This document shows positions 18,833 to 29,900 of a DNA stretch of 64,000 nt, one piece after another. The DNA is from Phycisphaerae bacterium (GTDB lineage: Bacteria > Planctomycetota > Phycisphaerae > UBA1845 > Fen-1342). The DNA lies in contig JASFQK010000008.1 in assembly GCA_050115495.1 (NCBI GenBank), forward strand, positions 99,686-163,685, given 5' to 3'. A program made the position numbers and the translations under genes. The notes below the pieces were generated by a model that saw nothing but the letters and a program-made list of their open reading frames with translations, searched no databases and was not told the origin of the DNA. Position 1 is the stretch's first letter. Each line of letters starts with the position of its first letter.

Positions 18833-21800
18833 GTGGTTTCCGCTTCGTTCTTGGGGAATGGGCGGATCCGACCGGTTGAGCAACGCGGTCGGTGCGGGTG
18901 CACCGCCGCAGTAGCAGTAATGGTGGGGCTCAGTATGGCCGGGCTGTGCCTGGCCTGCACGCTGCTGGCTATGCGGCTGGCGACGCCGGTGCCGGGGGAT
19001 CTGAACGACGATGGACAGATCACGGCGGCGGACATCGAAGCCTTTGTGTTGGCCGTTAACGATCCGGCCACCTGGTGCACCACGTACGAACGGGATTACG
19101 TGTATCTCCTGGAACTGGCAGACTTTGACGACGATGACGCCGTCACGATCGACGACATCCCCGGCTTCGCTCAGGTGCTCTTGCCGCACCTGTTCGGCGG
19201 TGGTGGCTTGGGGGCCGAGACGCTTGGGGCGGCAGTCAGCGAGACCGTCGACCTCGACATCGACTCGGACAATACGGATGGGACCAACCCGCGTGCGCCC
19301 ACTGCGTACGAGGACCTGATCGAAGACGACCCGTACGAGACGGGCAAGCAGATCGTGGTCGACACCGACCCGTCCAGCATCCCGCGGACGCCGGCGGTAC
19401 TGGAGTTGCACGCGACTGGCGTGGCGACCGTCCCAGACGTGAAGTTCCGCCTGATCTACCCTGCCAACGTCTCCGTGGCCATCGCCGCATGGCTCTATGA
19501 CAGCGAGGAGTCGGCAGATTCGGGCGCCGAGCAGAGCTATCCGTATTCGCATTGGATCCTGGGCGACATGAATGACGACGGGTCGGTGAACAACTTCGAC
19601 CTGAGCCCGTTCATCTTGGCCCTGACAGACCGGCCAGCTTACTATCAGGCGTTCCCCGGGCTGGACCCCGATCTGAACGGCGACATCAGCGGTGACTGGG
19701 TGTTGGCCAACTCTGACATCAGCCCGTTTGTCCAACTGCTGGAGGATCCGGTGATTATGCCCATCCCGGCCCGGCTGCTGGTTAGGGGTATGGACGTCAG
19801 CGCTGCCCAGGGCGAGACGCGCATCTTCGCCGAGGCAGACACGGATGCCGACGGCACGTACTCCGCTGCGGACGCCGACGCGGTCCGCGCCACCGTTTAC
19901 GATGATGACCAGGGAGTGCCCCCCGGCGAACTCGGTGCTGGGCGGCCTTGGGGTGCCACGCTACCGGTGGCCACCTTCTCGGCGGTCAATCTGCGTAGCG
20001 GGAACCTGCATACTGAGATCCCGATTGACGCCTGGCCAGGGTACGGGCCCGACGTGGATTTTCGCCTGTACCACTCGTCGGGAGCCGCCGGGGCCGAATG
20101 CCCCACCTCCACAGGGTTTACGCTTGGCTCCGGTTGGTCCATGAGCTACGGTGGGTGCCTGCGCTTCTACCCGAGCGAGGTTAGCCCCGAGCAGATCACC
20201 GTCATCGAGGACGACGGCAACACGACCACGTTCACCTGGAATTCGCAATCCTCTATCTGGGAGCCCCCGGCGGGTGTTCACGACACGCTCACCGTGGCGG
20301 AACAGAACATGATGGTGCCGGTGAAGGAGATCAGTGACGCCACGCCGCCGGCTCCGGCGTGGGTGCTGACGCGGAAGAACCAATGGCGGCGCATCTTCGA
20401 TGCACGCGGCTGGCTGCTGTATCACACGGACAGCAACCGCGAGCCCGACGACGACCAGCCGACCTATGGGGGCCTCGCCATTCGCGTCAATCGTTATCCC
20501 GACAACGATCCGAACTACGCCGGGATGATCAGCTACATTCGCGACATGACCGTGTGTCGCCGGCTCGATTTCCATTACGACGAGTACGGTCAGCTGGAGG
20601 TGATCACGGAAGAGGATGTCGTCAATCGGGAGTGGCATTTCTACTACGACGGGTACGGGCGGTTGACTACGGTCTCGCTGTGGGACAACCCCTATGCCGA
20701 TCCCGAATGCGACGACGGCACGTGCGAGATCGTCTGGGACGTCTATATCACGTACGATACCGACAGCCAGATCGCCACGATCTCCGACAAGCTGGATCAC
20801 GGGGCGGCCAACAACAACCCATACGAGTACGAATACGATGACCTGGGCCGCCTGAACGTGGTCACGTCCCCCGCGCTGGATCAGCAGGACCCCGCACCGG
20901 ACCCGAGCCCGCAGGTGCTGACGTACGACTACGCGCAGAGCCCCTTGCGTTTCGAAACCGCTTACGAGGACCGGCGCGGCAAGGAATGGACCTGCCTGTT
21001 TGAGATGTGGGGTGGTATCGCCAGTGTCGAAGATCCCGTGGGAAACACGTGGGAAATCGAGTACGACAGCGACCGGAACCCCGAGTATTTCACCGACGAG
21101 CGTGATAGCACCTGGACAGCCACATACGACGGTGTCGGCAACCTGCTTACGCTGACGGATCCGCTGGGGTACCGACGACAGTGGGAGTACGACATTTACA
21201 GCAACGTCACCACCATCACACCGCCGCTCAACAACACCGGCGGACTCGACACCTCGAAGACCGTTGAATTCGAGTACCTGGACTACTACGACGTTGGGAG
21301 CCAGTTGATCGCCGACTTCACCCACCTGACCAAGATCACCGAGCCAGACCCGGACGGCGATGGGCAGGTTGGGTATGGTCCCGCCGAGACGTTGCTCGCT
21401 TACCATCACGCCGACGTGGGGGCCAGCGGCACGGGCGAGCTGAAGCGCGTCACCGACGCCAACAGTGTTCAGAATCGGTTCACGTATCACTCGCACCACG
21501 GCACGCTGTACGACTGGACCGAAGGACCCGACAGCGCTGTGGACGAGGACTACTACCCGGTCTATACCCGCACAGAAACGGATAACGGGGGTCGAGTCGA
21601 GCACTCGACCCAGTGGAATTCCAGCGGCACAGCCGAGTACAACGCCAGTAACAACCCAACGACGGCACAGTGCACTGGACGGGAAGGCGAGCCTACGCTC
21701 TCAGCCCCGGATCCGGATCCGCCGGATGATTATGCGCCAGTCGAGGATTGCGCCTGGTACATCCTCATGTCTCGGTGTGGCGGTGAAGGGACCTGCCAGC

Positions 21801-23761
21801 AGGCCGAGTACGACAACATGGGCAACTTGCTGGAAGCGTCGGTGACGCTCGAGCCGACGTGGAAGGTGCTCTGTCCCTGGATCACGCCGCCTGGCGCAAT
21901 CCGCGAAACCTCCGAGCGCACCGTCGTGAACACGTACGATGCACTCTATCGGCTCCGCACGACGACGCGGACCACGCAGGAAATGACGGCGACGAGCAGT
22001 GACTACGATGACGATGAACGCGCCACCGTCACGCGTGACTTCGAGTTCGTCCCCGACGAAAACGGGAACCTCCGCTACGTGACGGACAGTGAAGACAGCA
22101 CGACCGAGTACGTCCACGACGACGCCAATCGCCTGACGCAGGTCATCGTCGATTCCACCACCGTCGTCACGTACAACTACGCCAACTGGGTTGCGTCCGA
22201 CTACATCGTCGCCACCTATGCCAACGGCACGAGCACGCAGTGGCTGTTCGACGCCGCAGGTCACATCGATCACATCACGCACCGCGAGGGAGCCAACACG
22301 CTGCTCGATCTGGATTACACGTGGACACCCGACGGCCTGGTCAGCTCCATCGTCGAGACCACCTCGACCAACACGACGACCGTGTCGTTCACGTACGACA
22401 AGCGCGGCCGGCTCCTCGGTGAAACGCGCGTCGTGGACGGCACGACCACCGTCTACGACCTGACGTACACCTACGACCAGCTCGGCAATCGGCTGACGAT
22501 GACCGACAACCTCGCCGATCCGGACATCGTCACCACGTACCACTACGACACCCAGTCGCCCGTTTGGCCTCCGGGCTACGAGCGGCAAGGGCAGACCCCC
22601 TTCTACGGCACGCTGAACAACCGCCTGATCTGGGCCCAGACCGTTCAGGGCGAAACCACGCTCGAGACGCGCTGGTATGTCTACAACGCCGGTGGGCACG
22701 TCAAGCGGATCGTCACGCACCACCCGGGCGATCCGGCGTACGGGATCGAGCATTTCCAGTACAATGGTGCCCAGCAGATGTGGCTGCACCGCACGTTCAC
22801 GTGCCAGGCGGACCAGGACCGCGAGCCGATCAACACGGTGGGCCTCACCGCCTGGGAGTTCCGCTACACCGCGGATCGGCGGCGGTACCTGGCGCGGGCC
22901 CGGGACGCGACGCTGCCGGCGGACCAGTACGATCCGTACCTCGAGCCGCTCGACGACGACCCGCAGGACCGGTTCGTGCGGTGGAGCGAGTACGTGGGTG
23001 ACCAGGTGCACGCGGACTTCGAGATGGACCTGAGCGGCCAGACCCCGGTAGCGGACGTGACGGCCCGCTACGTGCACGCCGGCGGGGCGGACGGGGCGCT
23101 GGTGGCCATGGACGGCGGCCCCGGCTACACGCTGAACGACCGCCGGTTCTTCCACCAGGACCTGCTCGGCACGGCGCGGCTGCTGACGGGTGCGAACGGG
23201 GCGGTGACGCAGTCGCTGGCGTTCAGCGCGTTCGGCGGTGTTGTTGGAACCGCTCCCGCGGGATCGCCGCGGTATGGGTACGCCGGGGCGTGGGGTTACC
23301 AGGACGACGGGCTGGGCACGCCGGGCTGGACTGGACCGGCGGCGCTGCACGTGGGGGCGCGGTACTACGACCCGGCGATCGGGCGGTTCCTGGGACGGGA
23401 TCCGATTGGGATCTTCGGAGGCATTGACGTCTACGCATTGGACGTCGCACCGACTGTGGGTGTTGATCCCAGTGGCCTCTTCACGTTCGGCGACATATTG
23501 TCCGCTGCGCGGACGGCGGTGACGGCGGCGGTGCGGGGCGCGCAAGCTGCAGCGCGTGCAGGTCGAGCTGTCATCCGCCAAGTGGGGCGAATGCGACCGA
23601 GATGGATGAAGAATGCCAAGGGCTTCGAGTCAGAAATCTCAAAGGACTTCCGAGTCGGATGGCATGGGTTCAAGAACAAAGCTGGCAAGCAGATGTGCCG
23701 ACCCCACTACCACCGACGACCTGGAATTGGGCATCACCGCCCATGGGATGGAGGATGGTAA
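18833..23761 (+). CDS. Rhs/YD-repeat polymorphic toxin (Rhs1) with two N-terminal dockerin-like domains and a His-rich C-terminal tip
   Basis: Signal-like N-terminus (start may be ATG 18920); GDLNDDGQITAADI and GDMNDDGSVNNFDL dockerin-like pairs; YD repeats; core HQDLLGT..GARYYDPAIGRFLGRDP; cleavage motif PTVGVDPSGL; 93-aa tip ending PHYHRRPGIGHHRPW. Confidence 0.92.
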   Translation: MVSASFLGNGRIRPVEQRGRCGCTAAVAVMVGLSMAGLCLACTLLAMRLATPVPGDLNDDGQITAADIEAFVLAVNDPATWCTTYERDYVYLLELADFDDDDAVTIDDIPGFAQVLLPHLFGGGGLGAETLGAAVSETVDLDIDSDNTDGTNPRAPTAYEDLIEDDPYETGKQIVVDTDPSSIPRTPAVLELHATGVATVPDVKFRLIYPANVSVAIAAWLYDSEESADSGAEQSYPYSHWILGDMNDDGSVNNFDLSPFILALTDRPAYYQAFPGLDPDLNGDISGDWVLANSDISPFVQLLEDPVIMPIPARLLVRGMDVSAAQGETRIFAEADTDADGTYSAADADAVRATVYDDDQGVPPGELGAGRPWGATLPVATFSAVNLRSGNLHTEIPIDAWPGYGPDVDFRLYHSSGAAGAECPTSTGFTLGSGWSMSYGGCLRFYPSEVSPEQITVIEDDGNTTTFTWNSQSSIWEPPAGVHDTLTVAEQNMMVPVKEISDATPPAPAWVLTRKNQWRRIFDARGWLLYHTDSNREPDDDQPTYGGLAIRVNRYPDNDPNYAGMISYIRDMTVCRRLDFHYDEYGQLEVITEEDVVNREWHFYYDGYGRLTTVSLWDNPYADPECDDGTCEIVWDVYITYDTDSQIATISDKLDHGAANNNPYEYEYDDLGRLNVVTSPALDQQDPAPDPSPQVLTYDYAQSPLRFETAYEDRRGKEWTCLFEMWGGIASVEDPVGNTWEIEYDSDRNPEYFTDERDSTWTATYDGVGNLLTLTDPLGYRRQWEYDIYSNVTTITPPLNNTGGLDTSKTVEFEYLDYYDVGSQLIADFTHLTKITEPDPDGDGQVGYGPAETLLAYHHADVGASGTGELKRVTDANSVQNRFTYHSHHGTLYDWTEGPDSAVDEDYYPVYTRTETDNGGRVEHSTQWNSSGTAEYNASNNPTTAQCTGREGEPTLSAPDPDPPDDYAPVEDCAWYILMSRCGGEGTCQQAEYDNMGNLLEASVTLEPTWKVLCPWITPPGAIRETSERTVVNTYDALYRLRTTTRTTQEMTATSSDYDDDERATVTRDFEFVPDENGNLRYVTDSEDSTTEYVHDDANRLTQVIVDSTTVVTYNYANWVASDYIVATYANGTSTQWLFDAAGHIDHITHREGANTLLDLDYTWTPDGLVSSIVETTSTNTTTVSFTYDKRGRLLGETRVVDGTTTVYDLTYTYDQLGNRLTMTDNLADPDIVTTYHYDTQSPVWPPGYERQGQTPFYGTLNNRLIWAQTVQGETTLETRWYVYNAGGHVKRIVTHHPGDPAYGIEHFQYNGAQQMWLHRTFTCQADQDREPINTVGLTAWEFRYTADRRRYLARARDATLPADQYDPYLEPLDDDPQDRFVRWSEYVGDQVHADFEMDLSGQTPVADVTARYVHAGGADGALVAMDGGPGYTLNDRRFFHQDLLGTARLLTGANGAVTQSLAFSAFGGVVGTAPAGSPRYGYAGAWGYQDDGLGTPGWTGPAALHVGARYYDPAIGRFLGRDPIGIFGGIDVYALDVAPTVGVDPSGLFTFGDILSAARTAVTAAVRGAQAAARAGRAVIRQVGRMRPRWMKNAKGFESEISKDFRVGWHGFKNKAGKQMCRPHYHRRPGIGHHRPWDGGW
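22886..23422 (+). repeat. Rhs core 3' segment, copy 1
   Basis: Near-identical and gap-free to 24166..24702 (offset 1280). Confidence 0.95.
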
Positions 23762-23764
23762 GAC

Positions 23765-24100
23765 ATGTATGGTCGGTGGCCCTTGCTTCTGCGTGAGCGG
23801 GCGTGTCCGGGCACACTTCAGTTCGCTGAGAATCGGACTGAGCTCCTCGTTCTTTTGGACGAGTTCAGCGATATCATTGAGGAATTCGAGGCGTGGGACG
23901 CTGACGGACGTCCCGTTGATCTCGGCACGTACGCAGCCGATTTCGCGGCCGGTCGAGAGGACAAGGGGGTGCTCGTACGCGAGCAGCCTGACAGGCATGG
24001 GGCATTGCGTGCCATTCGAGACTACCGTCCGGACGTACAAGGTGTTCCGGCGCCGTCAACCTCGATCGTCGATTGGGCCCGAATTGCGGGTGTCAAGTGA
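23765..24100 (+). CDS. Putative immunity protein for the Rhs1 tip
   Basis: 111-aa acidic soluble ORF starting 3 nt after the Rhs1 stop. Confidence 0.7.
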   Translation: MYGRWPLLLRERACPGTLQFAENRTELLVLLDEFSDIIEEFEAWDADGRPVDLGTYAADFAAGREDKGVLVREQPDRHGALRAIRDYRPDVQGVPAPSTSIVDWARIAGVK

Positions 24101-24150
24101 CGCTGCGTCGCTGCCCGGTGCGTGCGAGCAGTGAGATCCTGCGTGGGCCC

Positions 24151-25131
24151 GACGACCGTCAGCGATACCTGGCGCGGGCCCGGGACGCGACGCTGCCGGC
24201 AGACCAGTACGATCCGTACCTCGAGCCGCTCGACGACGACCCGCAGGACCGGTTCGTGCGGTGGAGCGAGTACGTGGGTGACCAGGTGCACGCGGACTTT
24301 GAGATGGACCTGAGCGGCCAGACGCCGGTAGTTGACGTGGCGGCCCGCTACGTGCACGCCGGCGGGGCGGATGGGGCGCTGGTGGCCATGGACGGCGGCC
24401 CCGGCTACACGCTGAACGACCGCCGGTTCTTCCACCAGGACCTGCTGGGCACGGCGCGGCTGCTGACGGGTGCGAACGGGGCGGTGACACAGTCGCTGGC
24501 ATTCAGCGCGTTCGGCGGCGTTGTTGGAACCGCTCCCGCAGGATCGCCGCGGTACGGGTACGCCGGGGCGTGGGGCTACCAGGACGATGCTCTCGGTACG
24601 CCGGGCTGGACCGGTCCGGCGGCGCTGCACGTCGGAGCCCGGTACTACGACCCGGCGCTCGGGCGGTTCCTGGGGCGGGATCCGATGGGAATCTTCGGTG
24701 GCGTGAACGCATACGGTTACGGCTTGGGCAACCCCGTGTCGATGATTGATCCGAGCGGGAGATTCACTCTCGGAGAGGTCGCAACAACGGTGGCGATCGG
24801 CGCCACGCTTGGTGGTCTCAGCAATGGTGTACAGTCTGGTTCGTGGAGCTGGAAGGACGCCGCCGTGGGCGCTGCAGGGGGCGCGGTTGGGATGGGCGTA
24901 GGTCTGATCAATCCAACCCTCGGAGGCGCCGCGGGCGGATTCACAGGCGGTCTGGTGAGTTGTGCGATAAACTGGGAGGCTCCGGGTTGGCGTCTGGTTG
25001 GTTCGACGCTTGCAGGTGCTTTGGTCGGCTACTTCTCCGGGTTCATGACGGAAGGGGGTATGAAGCTAGAGTCGTCGGTTGCTGGCTTCATCGGTGACGT
25101 TGCAGGCAACATCTGCACAAACTGGGAGTGA
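24151..25131 (+). pseudogene. Orphan Rhs tip cassette 1 (core fragment + Gly-rich hydrophobic tip)
   Basis: Duplicated Rhs1 core with no convincing start; NPVSMIDPSGR, then glycine-zipper-like GAAGGAVG/GGAAGGFTGG tip. Confidence 0.85.
24166..24702 (+). repeat. Rhs core 3' segment, copy 2
   Basis: Near-identical to 22886..23422; the differences seen are mostly synonymous. Confidence 0.95.
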
Positions 25132-25156
25132 CTGTTACCGCAATCGGACGAGGGCC

Positions 25157-25678
25157 ATGAACGACTTCATCGACGGCCTGCGTTGCTTCTTCCGTCAGCG
25201 CTCGCTTTGGGCACAGCCTCACATCAACGCCAACAGGTACTGGTTTGGGGCATGGTACTGGGACGCCGCGCGCGCCGCTTTGTGGTGCCTCTGCGTTAAC
25301 GTGGTGGTCTGGATTGCCATCGGGCAGACAGGCCCTGACGGTATCGTCCGGCATATCGCCCTGTTCTGTCTCATGGCTGCGGTAGGCACGTCCTTGGTTG
25401 TCCTGAAGCTTAAGCGGCGGTATTACGTGGCCGCGCCGCTCGTTGACCGTGAAGGGCGCCGGAGATGCGTCGCTCTTCCACTGCACACTTTTCTAACGGC
25501 AAGGGCATACACATTCGGCGCGACTCTGTGTGTCAGCGCGGGTGTTGCGTTGAGCGTGGTGATGCGCGATTGCCGACCGGCTGCGCTATGCGCGGTATTG
25601 TGCCTTTCGTACGCGATTGAGGGGATTCTGATGCGTGCCGGCGGCCGATGGCAACGAAAGCGTCTCCGACAGGGTTGA
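25157..25678 (+). CDS. Putative membrane immunity protein (about 4 TM)
   Basis: Directly follows orphan tip 1; four hydrophobic segments. Confidence 0.65.
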   Translation: MNDFIDGLRCFFRQRSLWAQPHINANRYWFGAWYWDAARAALWCLCVNVVVWIAIGQTGPDGIVRHIALFCLMAAVGTSLVVLKLKRRYYVAAPLVDREGRRRCVALPLHTFLTARAYTFGATLCVSAGVALSVVMRDCRPAALCAVLCLSYAIEGILMRAGGRWQRKRLRQG

Positions 25679-25871
25679 GCATGAGCCTCTGGCAATTCGT
25701 TCGCCCGCATCGCTTGGCCGCGGCCGTGCTCCATGCGGCGAAAGTTGGCGAGCGTGCGTGAGGTCTGCAGACGTGACTTCAGCGCCAGCCGCTGCTGCAG
25801 GCCGTTGCTCCGGCTCAGACAGGCAGCAGTCTGCGCGCGGTGGCCCCAGCGGGGTGGAAGGGAGGAGACAT

Positions 25872-26900
25872 ATGAAGCTGAACGCGTGGCGGATCATGGC
25901 GTTCGTGGCTGCGGTCACGGCTTGGGCCGGGGTTGCCGGGTTGGCGGAAGAGAAGCGTGATCATCAGCCGGCGGCAGCGCCGGGCCAGCCGCAACCTTGT
26001 GCCACACAGCCGGCGACGGCGCGAGACTTTACGCCACTGAGTTGGCGAACGGCGGGCGTGCCGGGACCGTGCGTGTCGGACCGCAGTACGTGTATCTGCG
26101 ACCAGATCACCTCGGGTGGCGTGGGCTGGTGCTCACGGCACGGACGCGGGTTCGCCTATGGCCACGTTCTCCGAACCTGGCCGCTGTTCCGCACGTTGCT
26201 CCCGACCGACGATGGATCGGGCAATGTGGAACAGACGCCGCACCCAGGATGCACCGCGCACGGCACTGGAGAGGACGAGGCCGGCGGCGATGAGCATGAG
26301 ACTCACTACTACGGAGCTGTGCTCCTCAGCCACGAGAGCCTGCTGCTCATGCTCAACGCAGTGCCCAGGGCCGGGGGGCCGAAAGGGAACCCCTACCGCG
26401 TCGAGGCCATTCCGGGGTACTGCCCGGAGACCGGGCAGTACCTCGTGATGGGTCGGTGGTATCGGTCGTGGATCGTCCCCGCCATGGAGGCCGGCCGCCT
26501 GTTGCCGGGCCTGAGGAAGAGCGCGACCGCCGGCCAGACAGGCGATGATGGTGCGCAAGTGCCTGTGGATGCCGCGGGTGAACGCCCCGCCGAAGGGGCA
26601 GCAACTGCTGATGCCGGCGATCCGGTGCCGGGCTGCGAGTTCTGCCGCCAGGCCTTCGCGGCCGGTGCGGTGTGGAGCGCGTCGGGCTTCCCGGTGCAGC
26701 CGTTCTGCGAAAAGTGCGGAGTCGGCGTGGTTGCCGGGAGAGTCTTCATCGGCCGGGAAGCGTACGAGCTGGCCCGCGCAGCCGACGGGGCGCTAGATCT
26801 GCATCGCCTGCACCGTTGCGAACGCTGCGGCATCGGCGTCCTGGCCGGCGGCCGATGTGACGTTTGCTCAGAGTGCAAGAAGTGCCACGCGGGGCAGTGA
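25872..26900 (+). CDS. Secreted Cys-rich hypothetical protein
   Basis: GGAGGAG RBS, signal peptide MKLNAWRIMAFVAAVTAWAG, multiple CxxC motifs (CEFC, CEKC, CERC, CDVCSECKKCH); the stop overlaps the Rhs2 start (GTGA). Confidence 0.7.
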   Translation: MKLNAWRIMAFVAAVTAWAGVAGLAEEKRDHQPAAAPGQPQPCATQPATARDFTPLSWRTAGVPGPCVSDRSTCICDQITSGGVGWCSRHGRGFAYGHVLRTWPLFRTLLPTDDGSGNVEQTPHPGCTAHGTGEDEAGGDEHETHYYGAVLLSHESLLLMLNAVPRAGGPKGNPYRVEAIPGYCPETGQYLVMGRWYRSWIVPAMEAGRLLPGLRKSATAGQTGDDGAQVPVDAAGERPAEGAATADAGDPVPGCEFCRQAFAAGAVWSASGFPVQPFCEKCGVGVVAGRVFIGREAYELARAADGALDLHRLHRCERCGIGVLAGGRCDVCSECKKCHAGQ

Positions 26901-29900
26901 AGCGATACGGACGAACCCGGGCAGCGTCTGTCGTTGTTAGCACGTTGTCTGGGATGCAACGTGCGTATGCTTCCGTGCTCGCGGCCGGGAGCACGCCGGT
27001 CAAGCGGAATATCCCCGCCCCCGGCTGGGGTGCGGGCATGTCCGTTTCGCCGTTCTCGGCCGTTAACCTCCGCAACGGCAACGTGTTAACGGCGATTCCC
27101 CTCGTGTCTTGGGATCCCGCGGGGCCGCCGGTCGGCTTCACGCTGTACCACAACAGCCTCGCCGCGCCGTACGACACGGACTCCGCCGCCTGGGGGTTCG
27201 ACCTGGGCGACGGCTGGAGCGTGAGCTACGGCGGCCACGTCGAGGGCAGCAATGGCGATACGTGCGTCACCGTGGTCCATGCAGATGGGCGGCGCGACGT
27301 GTACACGTGGGTGGACGGGGAATACGTACCGCCGGCGGGCGTGCATGATCTGCTCACCTGGGACGGCGGGGCGTCCGAGTGGACGCTCACCAGTCCGGAC
27401 CAGACGCAGGCGGTGTTCAACGACGATGGGTTCCTGGTTGAGGTTCTGGACAGTAGCGGGAACGCGTGTACGGTCGAACGTGACGGCGGCTACCTCACGT
27501 ACGTAAACAGCGCTGCACACGGCCTGTCGGGCGCAGGCGACAACCGCCTCGAGTTGAGATACTACGACAACCGCCTGTACCAGATCGAGGACCCCATCGA
27601 CCGCATCTGGGAGTTCGAGTACGACGGCTCGGGCCGGCTGTGGAAGATCCACTATCCATCCGACGGGTACGTTGCGGCGTCGTGCGTCGAGATTCTTTAC
27701 GAGGCGGGGGCGTCGAACCGCATCCAGCACATCCGTTCGCGGGAATACAGCGTCGCCGCGAGCCCGTCCCCCTACGCCTGGACGTGGAGCTACACGTACA
27801 CGGACGGCTGCCTCACGCTGGTTGAAGATCCCGACCACGACATCGGCGAGGTGGACCCCGTACGCTACGAGCAGGAGTTCGCCTACGAGGCCACGCCCGG
27901 CGGCGACGATCTGTGGGAGACGACGTACACCGATCGGCGAGGCTACGACTGGCTCGTGCGTTTCGACACGGCGGGCGACGCGGTGGAGTACGAGGACCCG
28001 CTGGAGAGCGTGACGGTTCTGGCCTACGACGCGGACCATAATATGGTCGAGTACACGGATCCGACGGACCCGGCCGACCCGCTATCGCATACCTGGAGAG
28101 CAACGTACGGCCCCGTGGGCAACGTCGAGACGGTCACCAGCCCGATCGCCGGGCAGACCTGGACGTACACCTGGGAGCAGCCGGAGCCGTCGACCCGGCC
28201 CAACCTGTACCGCCTCACGCAGGTCTCCGACCCGGTCAGCGGCTGGGTGAGCTACGAATACGCCTGCGACGACCCGGACGATCCGACGCTCGTAACGAGC
28301 GTGACCGAGATGGCCGACGGCCAGGGCAACCCGGCCGCGGTCACGACGATCCAGTACTACGGCAATGACCCTCAGGGCGACCCGTACCCGAACGCCGCGG
28401 GGCAGGTCGCCGTCGTGATCGACGCCAACGAGGTGCATCACGTCTTTGAGTACGATGACTACGGCTACGCGGCCGACTGGTCGGAGGGGCTGTTGGACGA
28501 TGCCCGGATCTGGCCTCCCGTGCTGATCAATCCCGCGTTCGTCTGCGGAGCGGGAAGCAACGCCACCGGCTGGCCGACCACACGCGTCGTTCTCGATAAC
28601 GGATGCGAAGGTAACGCCTTCCATGATGCAAACGGCTCACTTCGCGTGTGCTTATGGACGTGCCCGACGCGCTCTGGCGAGAACGAGATGTCACGCATTC
28701 TCGGCGTGCGACCGGGCGGTCAGCCATCCATGGATGTGCCCGTCAACTGCTCCATCGGCACCGCCGAGTATGATATAGTTGGGCGACTAGAGAATGTCGA
28801 TACCTCTTTCTGCGGGACTGGCGCTGGTTGTCTCCCGGAGCCTCACAGCATCGACCCAGCCTACGACGATCTTGGCCGACAGCTCAGCGTGGCGGTTAGC
28901 ACCTACCTGCCGGACGACAGTACTCTGGAGCGGGTATTCGAGGTCCTCGAGTACGATGCGGATGGCAACCCGCTGTCGGTAGAGGGCCCGGACGGACAGA
29001 CGATCGTGTACACGTTTGGTGTCCAGCCGGGATACGATGAACTGGGCCGGCCCAGCACGGTGACCCGCGGCGGGATGAGCGCCACGTACATCTACGACGA
29101 TGCCGGCCGCCTCGAGCGGATCGAGTACGGCAATGACACGAAGGTCGTCCGGCACTACGATGCGGCGGACCGGCTGGATTGGATCGAGCATCGCGACGAT
29201 CTGGACGCCGTGCTGCTGCGCGTCGATTACGTGTGGAACCTGGACAACACGCTGTACAGCCGAACGGAGACGGACAACGTCGCCAGCGAGACGGCGGTGG
29301 TGACGTTCACCTACGACAACCGCAAGCGGCTGATCGCCGAGGAGCGGGTGGTCAACAGCACGACCACCGTGTACGACCTGACTTACAGCTACGACCAGCT
29401 CGGCAACCGGCTGGAGAAGGTCGATTACGCGCCGGACCCCGACCAGCGGACGACCTACTTCTACGACAGCGATCCGGCGAACCGCGATCCGGCGTACCCG
29501 ACGAACAACAACCGGCTCCTCTGGTACGTCGAGGCAGAGGCTGACGGGTTGGGTGGCTGGACGACGCTGCGGACGGTGCAGTACACTTATTACGAGATGT
29601 CCGGTCACACCGCGAACATCACGGTGAAGGATGAAGGGAACGCCTATTACCGCAACCTGGCGCTGTACTACACGTCCGCGGGGCAGCTCTGGCGTGTGTT
29701 ATGGGACCAGTGGCAGATCGAAGACGACGAAGTCACGGGGTACCAGAAGCTGGCCGGACGGGAGTTCTACTACGACGGCCCGTCGCGGTATCTCATGCGT
29801 GAACTGGACGTCAGCGCGAACGATCCGAACAACTGGGCGCCGACCGGCGATTGGTTGTGGACGGATCAGACGGGTATGCTGCCGTGGGGTGACTTCACGA

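Noticed and set aside
22886..24702. Repeat pair as a diversity-generating retroelement TR/VR
   Set aside because: Differences are mostly synonymous and not adenine-specific, there is no reverse transcriptase, and an orphan Rhs duplication explains the pair.
26874..26888. CKKCH as a c-type heme site
   Set aside because: A single motif at the extreme C-terminus among many CxxC pairs; zinc or disulphide use is as likely.
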